From positions 2,421-66,420 of the forward strand of contig CAXBCI010000016.1 of the NCBI GenBank assembly GCA_963974065.1: a stretch of DNA of 64,000 nucleotides, written 5' to 3'. Below the pieces are notes generated by a model. It did not search any database and was not told the origin of the DNA. It saw only the letters and a program-made list of their open reading frames with translations. The DNA comes from an uncultured Hyphomicrobiales bacterium (GTDB taxonomy: Bacteria > Pseudomonadota > Alphaproteobacteria > Rhizobiales > GCA-2746425). Made by a program: the position numbers and the translations under genes. Of the stretch, positions 49,201 to 58,009 are shown in pieces; the first letter of the stretch is position 1, and every line of letters starts with the position of its first letter.

Positions 49201-50010
49201 GGATACCGCGAAGGCCGTGCCATTGAGGGTGATAGACGGGCTCGCCTGGGCTAATATGCTGGTCAGGACGGCAACCGATTCAGCGTCTTTCAGGCTGGAG
49301 ACATAGATCGGCAGTGCGTTGAGGCCCGCCGCGTCGAGTGCTTTTATCAGCGCGTCAATCGGAGCCGTGGCATTGGCCTGAACGCTGGAGCGGTAAAACA
49401 CGATGGCAGCCGTGCCGTTGTGGGCAAAACTGTTCTGGACCTCGTCAAGTGCCGGTTCTGCCTTGCCGGGCCAGTACAGCCCGGCCTTGGGAAGCGCTTT
49501 TGGCGGTGCTGCGGGGCTCTCATATCCGATCTGCTGCGCCAGATATCTCAGCGCGTTTTTGAGGTTTTCAACGCCGCCCTCAACGCAATAGCGCCAGAAG
49601 GTGCGGGCCGTGGCGATGTCCAGCGAGTTGGCGGCTTCAAGATCGCTGTCCCAGTTGGCATCTCCCGGAACAACAATGATCTTGATGGATCTGGCACGGG
49701 CCAGTTCAGCCAGTCTTTCAAATCCGTAGGACCAGTAATTACGCCCGCCCAGCGCCCGCACGACGATCAACTTTGCCTGAGACAGCGTGTTGTCCGCATA
49801 CAGATCCACCGAATAGGGATGCGTCAGGGCCATCAGGCTGGCAATGCGCAGACTTGGAAAATCCTCTTCCAACGATCCTGCTGCATAGGAAAATCCCGAT
49901 ATCTCCGTGTCGGCAGCTGTCAGAATAACAATGTCTCCAGGCGACTGCGCGAGGTCAACGGCCTCTTCGCCATCATCAATTCGTCGCGTTTGAGCCTGGA
50001 GAATATGCAC
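46279..50010 (-). CDS. cobN: Cobaltochelatase subunit CobN
   Basis: 1243 aa, CobN/Mg-chelatase H family over the full length. Confidence 0.97.
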   Translation of the reverse strand: MHILQAQTRRIDDGEEAVDLAQSPGDIVILTAADTEISGFSYAAGSLEEDFPSLRIASLMALTHPYSVDLYADNTLSQAKLIVVRALGGRNYWSYGFERLAELARARSIKIIVVPGDANWDSDLEAANSLDIATARTFWRYCVEGGVENLKNALRYLAQQIGYESPAAPPKALPKAGLYWPGKAEPALDEVQNSFAHNGTAAIVFYRSSVQANATAPIDALIKALDAAGLNALPIYVSSLKDAESVAVLTSILAQASPSITLNGTAFAVSKAGGSHVATPLDQAGRMVLQFVMSGTSEAGWRESDRGLSAKDLTMHVVLPEIDGRVLTQIISFKEEGAFDTRTECRPTRFVPITDRINRLANQAAAWSGLRDAAASDKKLALILSNYPNKDGRMANGVGLDTPASIIALMKALQAKNYTTDEAPEDSKSLMDLLMSGPTNAFDEGRLRQANHGLTLEKYLHHYRELPESLQKAVEERWGAPPDDPACIDGIFRLAVHTFGNIAVGIQPARGYNIDPKETYHDPALVPPHNYLAFYVWLRREFGADALVHMGKHGNTEWLPGKALALSSECWPDAIMQGLPVVYPFIVNDPGEGAQAKRRISSVIIDHLMPAMTRAETYGPLSEIEALIDEYFLASGVDPKRVRLLEEQIFEAIERHALGAELGLPLGVEKHEVLQRLDGYICELKEMQIRDGLHTLGQSPTGTQRTDTLVALTRVPGSSHMSLHRALAADLGLDRFDPLACELSAPWTGPVPEALAGVSDLPWRTNADTLERIERLAVQLVNGDLTAQKQWEKTAAVLAYVNGAVAKALDDSGRSEIEACLTALSGSFVPPGPSGAPTRGRLDCLPTGRNFYSVDVRSVPTKAAWQLGRQSADLVTERYFQEHGEWPAALALTAWGTSNMRTGGDDIAQAMALIGVEPVWEELSGRVTGFKIIPLSELKRPRVDVTLRISGFFRDAFPLQIDLFDSAVRGVAALEEPEDANPIAARVRAETCKLVSDGLSAEDAAKRAGFRVFGSMPGAYGAGLQALIDENLWEDRSDFAESFLTWGGYAYGAGSEGDGARDLLETRLSQTQLVLQNQDNREHDILDSDDYYQFQGGLTATVATLSGVEPAVYHGDHSRPETPAIRSLQEELARVVRGRAANPKWIAGMMRHGYKGAFEMAATLDYLFAYAATTKAVQSHQFDLLYNAYFDDEDVRQFIELHNPAALKEMADRFLQAIDRELWQPRRNSIFAELKDLKGEKVA

Positions 50011-50013
50011 TGC

Positions 50014-51063
50014 TCAACTCGCCTGTTTTATGGCAGGTGCTTGAGCCAGCATGGCTGTGATGGCGCTGCAATCCAGCCCCTTCTCTCCGATCACCACCAG
50101 TTTCGGACTGCCGCCGCTGGCGGGTGCAAACCAGGTTTCGACGCGCGGTCCGACCGCCTGTACCGCCAGCGGGACAGCTTTACCGGCGATCGACACGGCT
50201 CCCTTGATCCTCAAAACACCGTGACTGGCCATGGCGGCAAGTACTGCGGCTCTGGCATCCTCTACGCTGGCGTGCGAACTCTCAGCGACGATGAAGGTCT
50301 CAAAATCGTCGTGATCATGGTCGTGGTCATGATCATCATGGTGGCTCTTGCGCACTTCCATGTCGTCCTCCGCCTCAGCTGTCAGGCCAAGAATGGCGGA
50401 CACGGATACGGCACCGTTTGACGCCTCCAGAAACCGCACATTGTCCCGGGTCTCGCCGGCGACAATCTGCCGCGCCTTTGCAAGACCTTCCGCGCTGACC
50501 AGATCAGCCTTCGACAGCACCACCAGATCAGCGCATTTCAGCTGATCCTCGAACAATTCCTCAATCGGGCTTTCATGGTCCAGCGCTTCATCGGCGGTGC
50601 GCTGCTGCTGCAGCGCAACTTCGTCATGTACCATTCGGCCCTCGGCCAGAGCGGCGGCATCGACCACGGTGACGACGCCATCCACAGTGACGCGGGATTT
50701 GACGGCGGGCCAGGAAAACGCCCGCACCAGCGGCTGCGGCAATGCAAGGCCAGAGGTTTCGATGATGATGTGATCGGGCTGCTCGGCGCGTGCCAGCAAT
50801 GTCTCCATGGTCGGGAGAAAATCCTCGGCCACGGTGCAGCAGATACAGCCATTGGTCAGCTCGACAATATCATCCGCACTGCAGGCATCTGAATTGCAGC
50901 CCTTCAAAAGCTCCGCATCAAAGCCCATATCGCCGAATTCATTGATGATCAGCGCTATTTTCCGCCCGCCGGCATTTTGCAGCAGATGCCGGATCAGTGT
51001 GGTTTTGCCAGCCCCAAGAAATCCGGTGATGATGGTGACTGGTATTCTGTTTGGCGAAGGCAT
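50014..51063 (-). CDS. cobW: Cobalamin biosynthesis GTPase/metallochaperone CobW
   Basis: 349 aa. GFLGAGKTT P-loop, CICC metal motif, His/Asp-rich stretch HHDDHDHDHDHDD. Confidence 0.9.
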   Translation of the reverse strand: MPSPNRIPVTIITGFLGAGKTTLIRHLLQNAGGRKIALIINEFGDMGFDAELLKGCNSDACSADDIVELTNGCICCTVAEDFLPTMETLLARAEQPDHIIIETSGLALPQPLVRAFSWPAVKSRVTVDGVVTVVDAAALAEGRMVHDEVALQQQRTADEALDHESPIEELFEDQLKCADLVVLSKADLVSAEGLAKARQIVAGETRDNVRFLEASNGAVSVSAILGLTAEAEDDMEVRKSHHDDHDHDHDHDDFETFIVAESSHASVEDARAAVLAAMASHGVLRIKGAVSIAGKAVPLAVQAVGPRVETWFAPASGGSPKLVVIGEKGLDCSAITAMLAQAPAIKQAS

Positions 51064-51074
51064 GGGCTGGTCCT

Positions 51075-51599
51075 TTATGATTTCAGCGTGAGTGGCAGAC
51101 CGGCTGCGATAAAATCAACACGGTCTACACAAGCGGCGAGTTTGCGGTTCAGTACGCCCTGATGATCGCGGAATTGCCGCGCAAGGCGGTTTTCCGGCAC
51201 GATGCCAAGTCCCACCTCATTCGACACAAACACGATGGTGGCGTTGAGCGCGGGCAGCAGTTCAATCAGCCTGTCGGTTTCTCGGGTGATATCGCGTTCG
51301 CTGTGCATCAAATTGGACAGCCACAAAGTGAGGCAGTCGACCAGCACGGCTTTGTTGTGGCGGTCCGCCCGTCTCAGCGCGTCACACAGTTCAAGCGGCT
51401 CTTCAGTGAGGCTCCATCGCGAGCCGCGGCGGTCGCGATGCTGCGCGATGCGGTGGGACATCTCAGCATCGAGAGCGTCGGACGTTGCGAGGTAATGCGG
51501 CGCGTCATCACAAGACAACAGCATTTCCTCCGCATAGGCGCTCTTGCCGGACCGGGCACCGCCCAGGATCAGGACCGATTTGTGATCCGGTGAGAGCAT
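51075..51599 (-). CDS. cobU: Bifunctional adenosylcobinamide kinase / adenosylcobinamide-phosphate guanylyltransferase (CobU/CobP)
   Basis: Trimmed to the ATG at 51599 (MLSPDHKSVLILGGARSGKS), 174 aa. P-loop plus the CobU core. Confidence 0.9.
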   Translation of the reverse strand: MLSPDHKSVLILGGARSGKSAYAEEMLLSCDDAPHYLATSDALDAEMSHRIAQHRDRRGSRWSLTEEPLELCDALRRADRHNKAVLVDCLTLWLSNLMHSERDITRETDRLIELLPALNATIVFVSNEVGLGIVPENRLARQFRDHQGVLNRKLAACVDRVDFIAAGLPLTLKS

Positions 51600-51604
51600 C
51601 GCTT

Positions 51605-52294
51605 TCACGCACCCTGACGGGCAAAGAAAAAGCCGCTCAGTGATCCGATCATGGCCCAGAAAACCGCCATCACCACCAGCGAGGAGGCGGCAAAATGCGC
51701 TGCGATTTCGGCCGGAACCGTGCTGGCATATTGCTGCGGCTGGGGTGCGCCATACAGATGCGGCAGCGCAAACAGCAAAATTGCAGCCACAATTGCCCAG
51801 AACGTCTGACGATGGGACAGCAAACCGATGCCGAGAGCTGTCAGGATCGCAGTGGCGGTCCACCAGATCTGCCGTGATACCAGATCGGCGGCAGCGCTTC
51901 CCGGCAAGTCCGGGGGCAGTCCCAGCGAGGGCGCCAGATTAAAGGCGGCAAAGGCGGCAATTCCCCAAAACAGCCCGGTCCGCGCGCTGATGCTGCGGTT
52001 GAGCAGGATTTGCACCGACAGCAGCGCCAGACTGAAGCCGAATGCCAGTACGATGTTGGCCATAGTGGTCATAACCGGGCGTGAGATTGCACTGGACTCG
52101 GGATCAGATGCAGCAGCATTAGGACTCGCAACTGCCGGAAGTTTCGTTTCTGTTTGGTTGGCGGATGCAGACCCATCCTCATAGGTTTCTGCGATAAGGA
52201 TCAGCGGCGTCGTTGTGACCTGCTGAATCGCAGATACGATGATGCCCGCCGCCAGAGCCGCGAAAACGGCACTCAGCAAAATTTTGAAAAACAT
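51605..52294 (-). CDS. cbtA: Cobalt transporter subunit CbtA
   Basis: 229 aa multi-TM protein with PHLYGAPQP and a CbtA-like profile. Immediately downstream of cbtB and behind a B12 riboswitch. Confidence 0.85.
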   Translation of the reverse strand: MFFKILLSAVFAALAAGIIVSAIQQVTTTPLILIAETYEDGSASANQTETKLPAVASPNAAASDPESSAISRPVMTTMANIVLAFGFSLALLSVQILLNRSISARTGLFWGIAAFAAFNLAPSLGLPPDLPGSAAADLVSRQIWWTATAILTALGIGLLSHRQTFWAIVAAILLFALPHLYGAPQPQQYASTVPAEIAAHFAASSLVVMAVFWAMIGSLSGFFFARQGA

Positions 52295-52317
52295 GATGTG
52301 TCCTTGAGTGCCTATGC

Positions 52318-52524
52318 CTAGTGGCAGGGAAATCCGCTGGCGTGGCGCGCATCATGCGCCGCGTTATGGAGAATTTCCGGATAGGCAAATCCGCTGGTAA
52401 AGACTACCAGAATGCCAAGGATCAAGGCCATTGCAGCGGCGCGCTGTCTGGCGGAAAAGGCTCCGGTCTGCGCGCCGTCCGAGACTGCAGCTGAAGCCCT
52501 GTTGGCTGAAATATTGTAAGACAT
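52318..52524 (-). CDS. cbtB: Cobalt transporter subunit CbtB
   Basis: Trimmed to the ATG at 52524 (AGGAG 7 nt upstream), 68 aa. One TM segment and the C-terminal HDARHASGFPCH signature. Confidence 0.85.
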   Translation of the reverse strand: MSYNISANRASAAVSDGAQTGAFSARQRAAAMALILGILVVFTSGFAYPEILHNAAHDARHASGFPCH

Positions 52525-52559
52525 ATGTTGCTCCTGTCCGTCCGACCCGACGGTGGGTT

Positions 52560-52770
52560 GTTTCTGATCGTGCAGGCAGGTCTCCTGACTCGCGGTTCGC
52601 TGCCGTCTGTTTCGCCTTCCCGGATCACTCCAGTGGCATATGAAACAGCGGCTCACCGCTCACAGTTGCGGGGGCAGTCCCGGTTTGCAGACCCCGGATT
52701 GGGTCGCCTGCATCCGTGTTCCCTTTTCATCCGGTGCTTCACGTTCATGAAGCACCAGAACCAACACATC
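52560..52770 (-). promoter_or_regulatory. Cobalamin (AdoCbl) riboswitch in the cbtB leader
   Basis: The minus strand reads GGTGC...AAAAGGGAACACGG...AATCCGG...CTGCCCCCGCAACTGTGAGCGG...GCCACTGG...GGGAAGGCG...AGTCAGGAGACCTGCC (B12 box), followed by the cbtB SD and ATG. Confidence 0.85.
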
Positions 52771-52773
52771 ATC

Positions 52774-52802
52774 ACATAAGCTGTTCGCAGCCAATTTTGC
52801 AA
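52774..52802 (-). promoter_or_regulatory. Putative sigma-70 promoter of the riboswitch-cbtB operon
   Basis: The minus strand reads TTGCAA, a 17-nt spacer, then TTATGT, a few nt upstream of the riboswitch 5' end. Confidence 0.4.
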
Positions 52803-52808
52803 GCGAAG

Positions 52809-53066
52809 TTACGCCGGGCCTTTCCGGGAATGACCGTCTTTCTTTTGCTTGCGTCGCCCCCACCACACGGAAAGACGTCTGGTCTGGCGCCGCAGGAACG
52901 GCACATCATAGGACAGAATGAGCAAGCCGACAGGAACCATCCAGAACCCGACAATCGGCAAAAACCCCACCAGCCCGAACAGGATAAACACCCCGCCCAG
53001 CGATATGCGTGCCAGTTGCGAATTCGGCAAAGTGAATGATTTCCCGGCAATTTTGATGGATGGCAT
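52809..53066 (-). CDS. Small two-TM membrane protein, hypothetical (85 aa)
   Basis: Two hydrophobic segments (ISLGGVFILFGLVGFLPIVGF and MVPVGLLILSY) and a basic tail. Resembles PGPGW-type small membrane proteins only loosely. No other support. Confidence 0.5.
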   Translation of the reverse strand: MPSIKIAGKSFTLPNSQLARISLGGVFILFGLVGFLPIVGFWMVPVGLLILSYDVPFLRRQTRRLSVWWGRRKQKKDGHSRKGPA

Positions 53067-53181
53067 CTGACACCAATATGTGTGAATTCAACTGATGCGG
53101 CAGATAAGTCTGAATCGTGCGCGAATTAAGGGTGGCGGTAGCAAAGCGGGCAGAAAATTTGTTCTAACCGGCAATCCGCTC

Positions 53182-53210
53182 TTGGCAACGCCTTATTCCT
53201 TTTGTATAGA
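53182..53210 (+). promoter_or_regulatory. Putative sigma-70 promoter of tRNA-Asn
   Basis: TTGGCA at 53182-53187, a 17-nt spacer, TATAGA at 53205-53210. The tRNA 5' end is 14 nt downstream. Confidence 0.45.
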
Positions 53211-53223
53211 CGCTCACCACTGA

Positions 53224-53299
53224 TCCCCGATAGCTCAGTTGGTAGAGCAGGTGACTGTTAATCACCTTGTCGCTGGTTCGAGTCCGGCTCGGGGAGCCA
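53224..53299 (+). tRNA. tRNA-Asn (anticodon GTT)
   Basis: Folded by hand. Acceptor TCCCCGA/TCGGGGA, D arm GCTC-AGTTGGTA-GAGC, anticodon arm GGTGA-CTGTTAA-TCACC, T loop TTCGAGT, encoded CCA. Confidence 0.95.
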
Positions 53300-53305
53300 T
53301 TTCAA

Positions 53306-53338
53306 ACCCGCCGTTGCGTTTCGCACGGCGGGTTTTTT
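53306..53338 (+). terminator. Rho-independent terminator after tRNA-Asn
   Basis: ACCCGCCGT...ACGGCGGGT stem followed by TTTTTT. Confidence 0.7.
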
Positions 53339-53469
53339 CATCTGGCACTGCGCGTGAATCCTTGCCCTGTGGCTGAATTTGGGCCATCCAGATTCTGCGA
53401 TAACCGACGGCCAGTGGTGCATTATGCCCAAACCGGGATATACCTCACTTTGAACAGGACGGAGATGTC

Positions 53470-54426
53470 GTGAGCAACCCTGACGCCACCGGCGCTGACA
53501 TGATTGCCATTGATTGGGGCACGACCAATTGCCAAGCCTCTTTGCTGGATGCAAACGGTGTCGAACTCGACACAAGGCGCGTTCCTGAAGGGGCCGGAGG
53601 TCTGCACTCAGACCAATTTGAAAGTGTGTTTGAACGGCTGGTGGCTGGCTGGCCGGACTTGCCGGTGTGGATTTGCGGCATGGCCGGCTCTCGCCAGGGA
53701 TGGCGGGAAGCGCCCTATCTGTCCTGCCCGGCGCTGTTGTCCGATCTTGGCTCCCGGATCACCCAGGTTTGCACTGCCTCAGGCCGGATTGTGCGCATTG
53801 TCCCCGGCCTGCTGTACCGGGATTCACGCGACAATGCGGATATCATGCGCGGTGAGGAAACCCAGATTGCCGGCCTCCTGGCGCAGCAGGATGATTTTGA
53901 AGGCCTTGCCATATTGCCCGGCACCCATTGCAAATGGGTCGCGGTCAAAGATGGAAAAGTCACGAGGTTTCAGACATTTCTGACCGGGGAGCTGTATTCC
54001 CTGCTGGCAACAGCTTCAATTCTGCGCCACTGTGTCTCACATCACGAAGCTGAAATTACCGCCGATCATCCCGCCTTTCTGACGGGTTTTGATGATGTCA
54101 TCAGTGGCCGTGTGCCGCTGGTCTCGGGATTGTTCCAGATTCGCGCCCAGGATGTGCTGAACGGCGCACAGAAAGACGACAGTGCCGCCAGGCTGTCCGG
54201 TTTGATGATCGGTGCTGAATTCGCCGCGGCACAATCCGGCGGCTGGTTCAAGGACGGAAATCAGGGCGGACAGGACGGTTTTATCATTGGCGGCCCCGGG
54301 CTGACGCCACTTTACGCCAAAGCCTGTGAACGTGTCGGTATCAGACCCAGAACCCTGTTCGGTCTTGACGCCAGCACCAAGGGGCTCTGGTATCTTGCCC
54401 ACAAGCAAAGCATGACAACGCCCTGA
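53470..54426 (+). CDS. dgoK: 2-dehydro-3-deoxygalactonokinase
   Basis: 318 aa. IAIDWGTTN N-terminal motif and the DgoK family profile. GTG start (an ATG 10 codons downstream is an alternative). Followed by dgoA. Confidence 0.85.
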   Translation: MSNPDATGADMIAIDWGTTNCQASLLDANGVELDTRRVPEGAGGLHSDQFESVFERLVAGWPDLPVWICGMAGSRQGWREAPYLSCPALLSDLGSRITQVCTASGRIVRIVPGLLYRDSRDNADIMRGEETQIAGLLAQQDDFEGLAILPGTHCKWVAVKDGKVTRFQTFLTGELYSLLATASILRHCVSHHEAEITADHPAFLTGFDDVISGRVPLVSGLFQIRAQDVLNGAQKDDSAARLSGLMIGAEFAAAQSGGWFKDGNQGGQDGFIIGGPGLTPLYAKACERVGIRPRTLFGLDASTKGLWYLAHKQSMTTP

Positions 54427-54447
54427 AGCCCTTGAAGGACTGAATTT

Positions 54448-55074
54448 ATGAACTGGCTCGACGAATTCGCCAAACATCGCGGTATTGTAGCAATTCTGCG
54501 TGGCGTGCGCCCGGATGAGGTGGAACCGATCGCGGAAACACTGATTGAGGCCGGAATTACGCTGATTGAAGTGCCACTGAATTCGCCGGACCCGTTTGAC
54601 AGCATTGCCCGCCTTGTCAAACTGTCGGATGGCAGAGCGCTGGTCGGCGCGGGCACGGTGCTGACAGCGGCTGATGTTGACAGGCTGTCCGGGATCGGTT
54701 CGCAGATCGTCATATCACCCAATACCAACAGCGATGTCATCCGCCAGACCCGAAAATGTGACATGTTTTCCATGCCGGGTGTTTTTACCGCGAGCGATGC
54801 CTTTAATGCGCTTGAAGCGGGCGCGCATGTGCTGAAATTCTTTCCTGCCGACACGCTTGGACCCGGCGGCATTTCCGGGATCAAGGCAGTGCTCCCCGCA
54901 GGCACACCGATCGCTGCTGTTGGCGGGATTGATGAAGCTTCCTTTGCAGCTTACCGGGCGAAGGACATTCACGGCTTTGGAATCGGCAGCACACTATACA
55001 AGCCAGGCCGGACTGCTGATGAAATTGGCCAGATTGCCCGGAAACTTGTTGCGGCTTTCGACGCAGCCGGCTGA
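54448..55074 (+). CDS. dgoA: 2-dehydro-3-deoxy-6-phosphogalactonate aldolase
   Basis: 208 aa KDPG/KHG aldolase fold (IVAILRG, IEVPLNSP, KFFPA). Confidence 0.85.
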   Translation: MNWLDEFAKHRGIVAILRGVRPDEVEPIAETLIEAGITLIEVPLNSPDPFDSIARLVKLSDGRALVGAGTVLTAADVDRLSGIGSQIVISPNTNSDVIRQTRKCDMFSMPGVFTASDAFNALEAGAHVLKFFPADTLGPGGISGIKAVLPAGTPIAAVGGIDEASFAAYRAKDIHGFGIGSTLYKPGRTADEIGQIARKLVAAFDAAG

Positions 55075-55135
55075 GCCTGATCAGAGCCTTCAAATCCGCA
55101 AACCTCAATAAAACGTGCTCTCATACTAATGGGCG

Positions 55136-55162
55136 TGATCCGTTGAAGCATGAATGGCGTAA
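55136..55162 (+). promoter_or_regulatory. Candidate ECF sigma-E (RpoE/ChrR-type) promoter upstream of the photolyase gene
   Basis: TGATCC at 55136-55141, a 16-nt spacer, CGTAA at 55158-55162, 31 nt upstream of the phr ATG. Matches my recollection of the TGATCC-N16-CGTA motif of singlet-oxygen sigma-E regulons. A single hit with no scoring. Confidence 0.35.
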
Positions 55163-55193
55163 AGCTGTTTAGAAAACGGGATCAAACGCTCTG

Positions 55194-56681
55194 ATGAAAA
55201 ATGGTTCAAACACCGTCTCAGAATCGGTGAAAACAAAACCTTCAAACGCCTGCAAACCCAGCATTGTCTGGTTTCGCAGAGATTTGCGCATAACCGACAA
55301 TTCGGCCCTGCGGGAAGCTGTGAAATTCGGCGGCCCGGTGATCTGTGTTTTCATTCTGGAATCCGGTCAACGTGCCATTGGCGGCGCCTCCAAATGGTGG
55401 CTGCATCACAGCCTTGCCGCGCTGTCAGCCTCTATCACACAAATCGGTGGCCAGCTGGTTTTGCGTCGTGGCAATCCCGTTGAAATTCTGGACGATCTGG
55501 TCGATGCCAGCGGTGCACAAAACGTGTTCTGGAACCGTCGTTATGACGCTGCGGGTATGGAGACTGACAAACGGGTAAAAGCGCGCCTCACAGAACGTAA
55601 CCTTGTGGCGCAGAGCTTGAAATCCAATTTGCTGTTTGAGCCGTGGGACATCGAAAAAAAATCGGGTGGCTATTACAAGGTCTACACCCCGTTCAAGCGG
55701 GCCTGCCTGTCTGCCGGTGTGGATCGCCCTGCCCTTGCCGCGCCTGACAGGCTTCTATCTCCTGAGGCGCACCCGGATTCAGATACCCTGGAAGACTGGG
55801 GACTGCTCCCGACAAATCCCGACTGGTCAAAAACCATAGCTGCAACCTGGACGCCTGGAGAGGAAGGTGCAAAAGCTCGCCTCAGCGCCTTTCTGCATGA
55901 CGATGGCATCGTTGGATACCGGGAACAACGCAATCTGCCTGCCATTGAGGGCACGTCACGGCTGTCCCCGCACATCGCTTTCGGGGAAATCAGCCCCTAT
56001 CAGATCTGGTCGGCTGCTACCGCGCCTGATCTGGATATCCCGGCCCAGGATCTGGAAACCTTCCTGTCGGAAGTCCTCTGGCGGGAATTTTCCTATACTT
56101 TGCTGTTTTACAATCCCGATCTCGCCAGCCGGAATTTTCAACCCCGCTTCGACGGGTTTCCCTGGGAAGGCGATGCAGATCGTTTGCCTCTCTGGCAGAA
56201 CGGACAAACCGGATATCCGATGGTTGATGCCGGACTGCGGCAACTCTGGCAGACCGGCTGGATGCACAACCGGGTCCGGATGATCACCGCTTCCTTTCTG
56301 GTCAAGCATATGCTGCTCGACTGGCGGCACGGCGAAGATTGGTTCTGGGATACACTGGTCGATGCGGACCCGGCCAACAACGCTGCAAGCTGGCAGTGGG
56401 TTGCCGGTTCCGGTGCTGATGCGGCGCCGTATTTTCGCATTTTCAACCCGATGAGCCAGGGTGAAAAATTTGACCGCGAGGGCGCTTATATCCGCCAATT
56501 TGTGCCGGAACTGAAAGACCTGCCGACCAAATATCTCTACGCCCCCTGGAAGGCCCCCGCTGATGTGCTGAAAAAAGCCGGTGTCGAGTTGGGAAAGACT
56601 TATCCTAAACCGATTGTCGAACATTCGCTGGCCAGAGAAAAAGCGCTCTCAGCATTCGCAAAAACAAAAGAAGCCGCATAG
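55194..56681 (+). CDS. phrB: Deoxyribodipyrimidine photo-lyase (class I CPD photolyase)
   Basis: 495 aa. IVWFRRDLRITDN N-terminus and C-terminal FAD-binding motifs (TGYPMVDAGLRQLWQTGWMHNRVRMI, DADPANNAASWQW). Confidence 0.9.
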   Translation: MKNGSNTVSESVKTKPSNACKPSIVWFRRDLRITDNSALREAVKFGGPVICVFILESGQRAIGGASKWWLHHSLAALSASITQIGGQLVLRRGNPVEILDDLVDASGAQNVFWNRRYDAAGMETDKRVKARLTERNLVAQSLKSNLLFEPWDIEKKSGGYYKVYTPFKRACLSAGVDRPALAAPDRLLSPEAHPDSDTLEDWGLLPTNPDWSKTIAATWTPGEEGAKARLSAFLHDDGIVGYREQRNLPAIEGTSRLSPHIAFGEISPYQIWSAATAPDLDIPAQDLETFLSEVLWREFSYTLLFYNPDLASRNFQPRFDGFPWEGDADRLPLWQNGQTGYPMVDAGLRQLWQTGWMHNRVRMITASFLVKHMLLDWRHGEDWFWDTLVDADPANNAASWQWVAGSGADAAPYFRIFNPMSQGEKFDREGAYIRQFVPELKDLPTKYLYAPWKAPADVLKKAGVELGKTYPKPIVEHSLAREKALSAFAKTKEAA

Positions 56682-56710
56682 CAACCGGCCGCAAGATTGG
56701 ACGACACCAC

Positions 56711-58009
56711 ATGAAAATCGCTGTTATCGGCTCTGGCATATCGGGAAATTCTGCCGCCTGGTCGCTCCATTCAAAACATCAGGTGACGCTGTATGAACGG
56801 CGCAACCGGCCTGGCGGCCATAGTGCAACGGTTGATATCGATTACAGCGGCGAAACCATCAGCGTAGACACTGGTTTTATCGTTTACAATGCGCTGAATT
56901 ATCCCAATCTCACGGCGATGTTTGATCATCTGGGTGTTGCGACCGAGCCCAGTGATATGAGTTTCTCGTTCAGCCGGCGCGGCGGTTCGGAATGGAGCGA
57001 CAGCATTCCGCGCGGTATTTTTGCCCAGAAACGAAATATGTTTTCCCCCAGCTTTCTGTGGATGCTGCGGGAGATATTCCGCTTCAACAGGCAGTGTCTT
57101 GGCGATCTTGCTGCCAATAAATTGTCCGGCCTGTCGCTTGGTAACTATCTCGACAAGCGCAAATTTTCCAAAAGGTTCCGCAATGAATATCTAGTGCCGA
57201 TGGGGTCTGCGATCTGGTCCACGCCGGCGGCCGAAATGCTGGCATTTCCTGTCGAGAGTTTCGCCAATTTCTTCAACAATCACCGCCTGCTGCATTTTGA
57301 GCGTCCCAGATGGCGCACGGTGACCGGTGGCAGCAGGACATATGTGGACAAATTGCTGGCACCGCTTGCATCCAATATGCGTCTGGGATGCGAAGCGGTT
57401 TCCGTTGTCCGAAACCGGGACGGCGTTACGATTAGGGATAATCACGGACAGAGCGATAGCTTTGATCAGGTGATTATGGCAGGCCACAGCGATCAGACGC
57501 TGAAAGCTTTGAGTGATGCATCCGCGGATGAAAGCGACATTCTATCCAGAGTACGCTTCAAGCCGAACCGGGTTTACCTGCACCGCGATCCTTCGCTAAT
57601 GCCGCAACGCAAAGGCGCTTGGGCAGCGTGGAACTATCTGAGCGAAGCGCAGCCTGAGGGAACCGACGTATCGGTGACCTACTGGATGAACAAATTGCAG
57701 GGCATTGACGAGAACAAACCCCTATTCATCAGCCTCAATCCTGTGCGCCTGCCCGAAGATCATCTGATCTTCGACGTATTCGAGTATGATCATCCGCAAT
57801 ATGACAGTTCGGCACTGGCAGCACAGAAAATGCTGGACCGGATTCAGGGTGTCAACCGCACCTGGTTCTGTGGTGCCTGGACGGGATACGGATTTCACGA
57901 GGATGGCCTGACATCAGGCCTCAGGGTTGCCGAGAAGCTTGGTGGCGTCATTCCATGGCGTCCGGTCGCCGCTAATGACGAGCAGCTTTTCGCGGCAGCA
58001 GCGGAATAG
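56711..58009 (+). CDS. NAD/FAD-binding oxidoreductase (COG2907, amine-oxidase-like)
   Basis: 432 aa. MKIAVIGSGISGNSAAW dinucleotide fold. Conserved partner of DUF1365 and CFA-synthase-like genes. Confidence 0.85.
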   Translation: MKIAVIGSGISGNSAAWSLHSKHQVTLYERRNRPGGHSATVDIDYSGETISVDTGFIVYNALNYPNLTAMFDHLGVATEPSDMSFSFSRRGGSEWSDSIPRGIFAQKRNMFSPSFLWMLREIFRFNRQCLGDLAANKLSGLSLGNYLDKRKFSKRFRNEYLVPMGSAIWSTPAAEMLAFPVESFANFFNNHRLLHFERPRWRTVTGGSRTYVDKLLAPLASNMRLGCEAVSVVRNRDGVTIRDNHGQSDSFDQVIMAGHSDQTLKALSDASADESDILSRVRFKPNRVYLHRDPSLMPQRKGAWAAWNYLSEAQPEGTDVSVTYWMNKLQGIDENKPLFISLNPVRLPEDHLIFDVFEYDHPQYDSSALAAQKMLDRIQGVNRTWFCGAWTGYGFHEDGLTSGLRVAEKLGGVIPWRPVAANDEQLFAAAAE

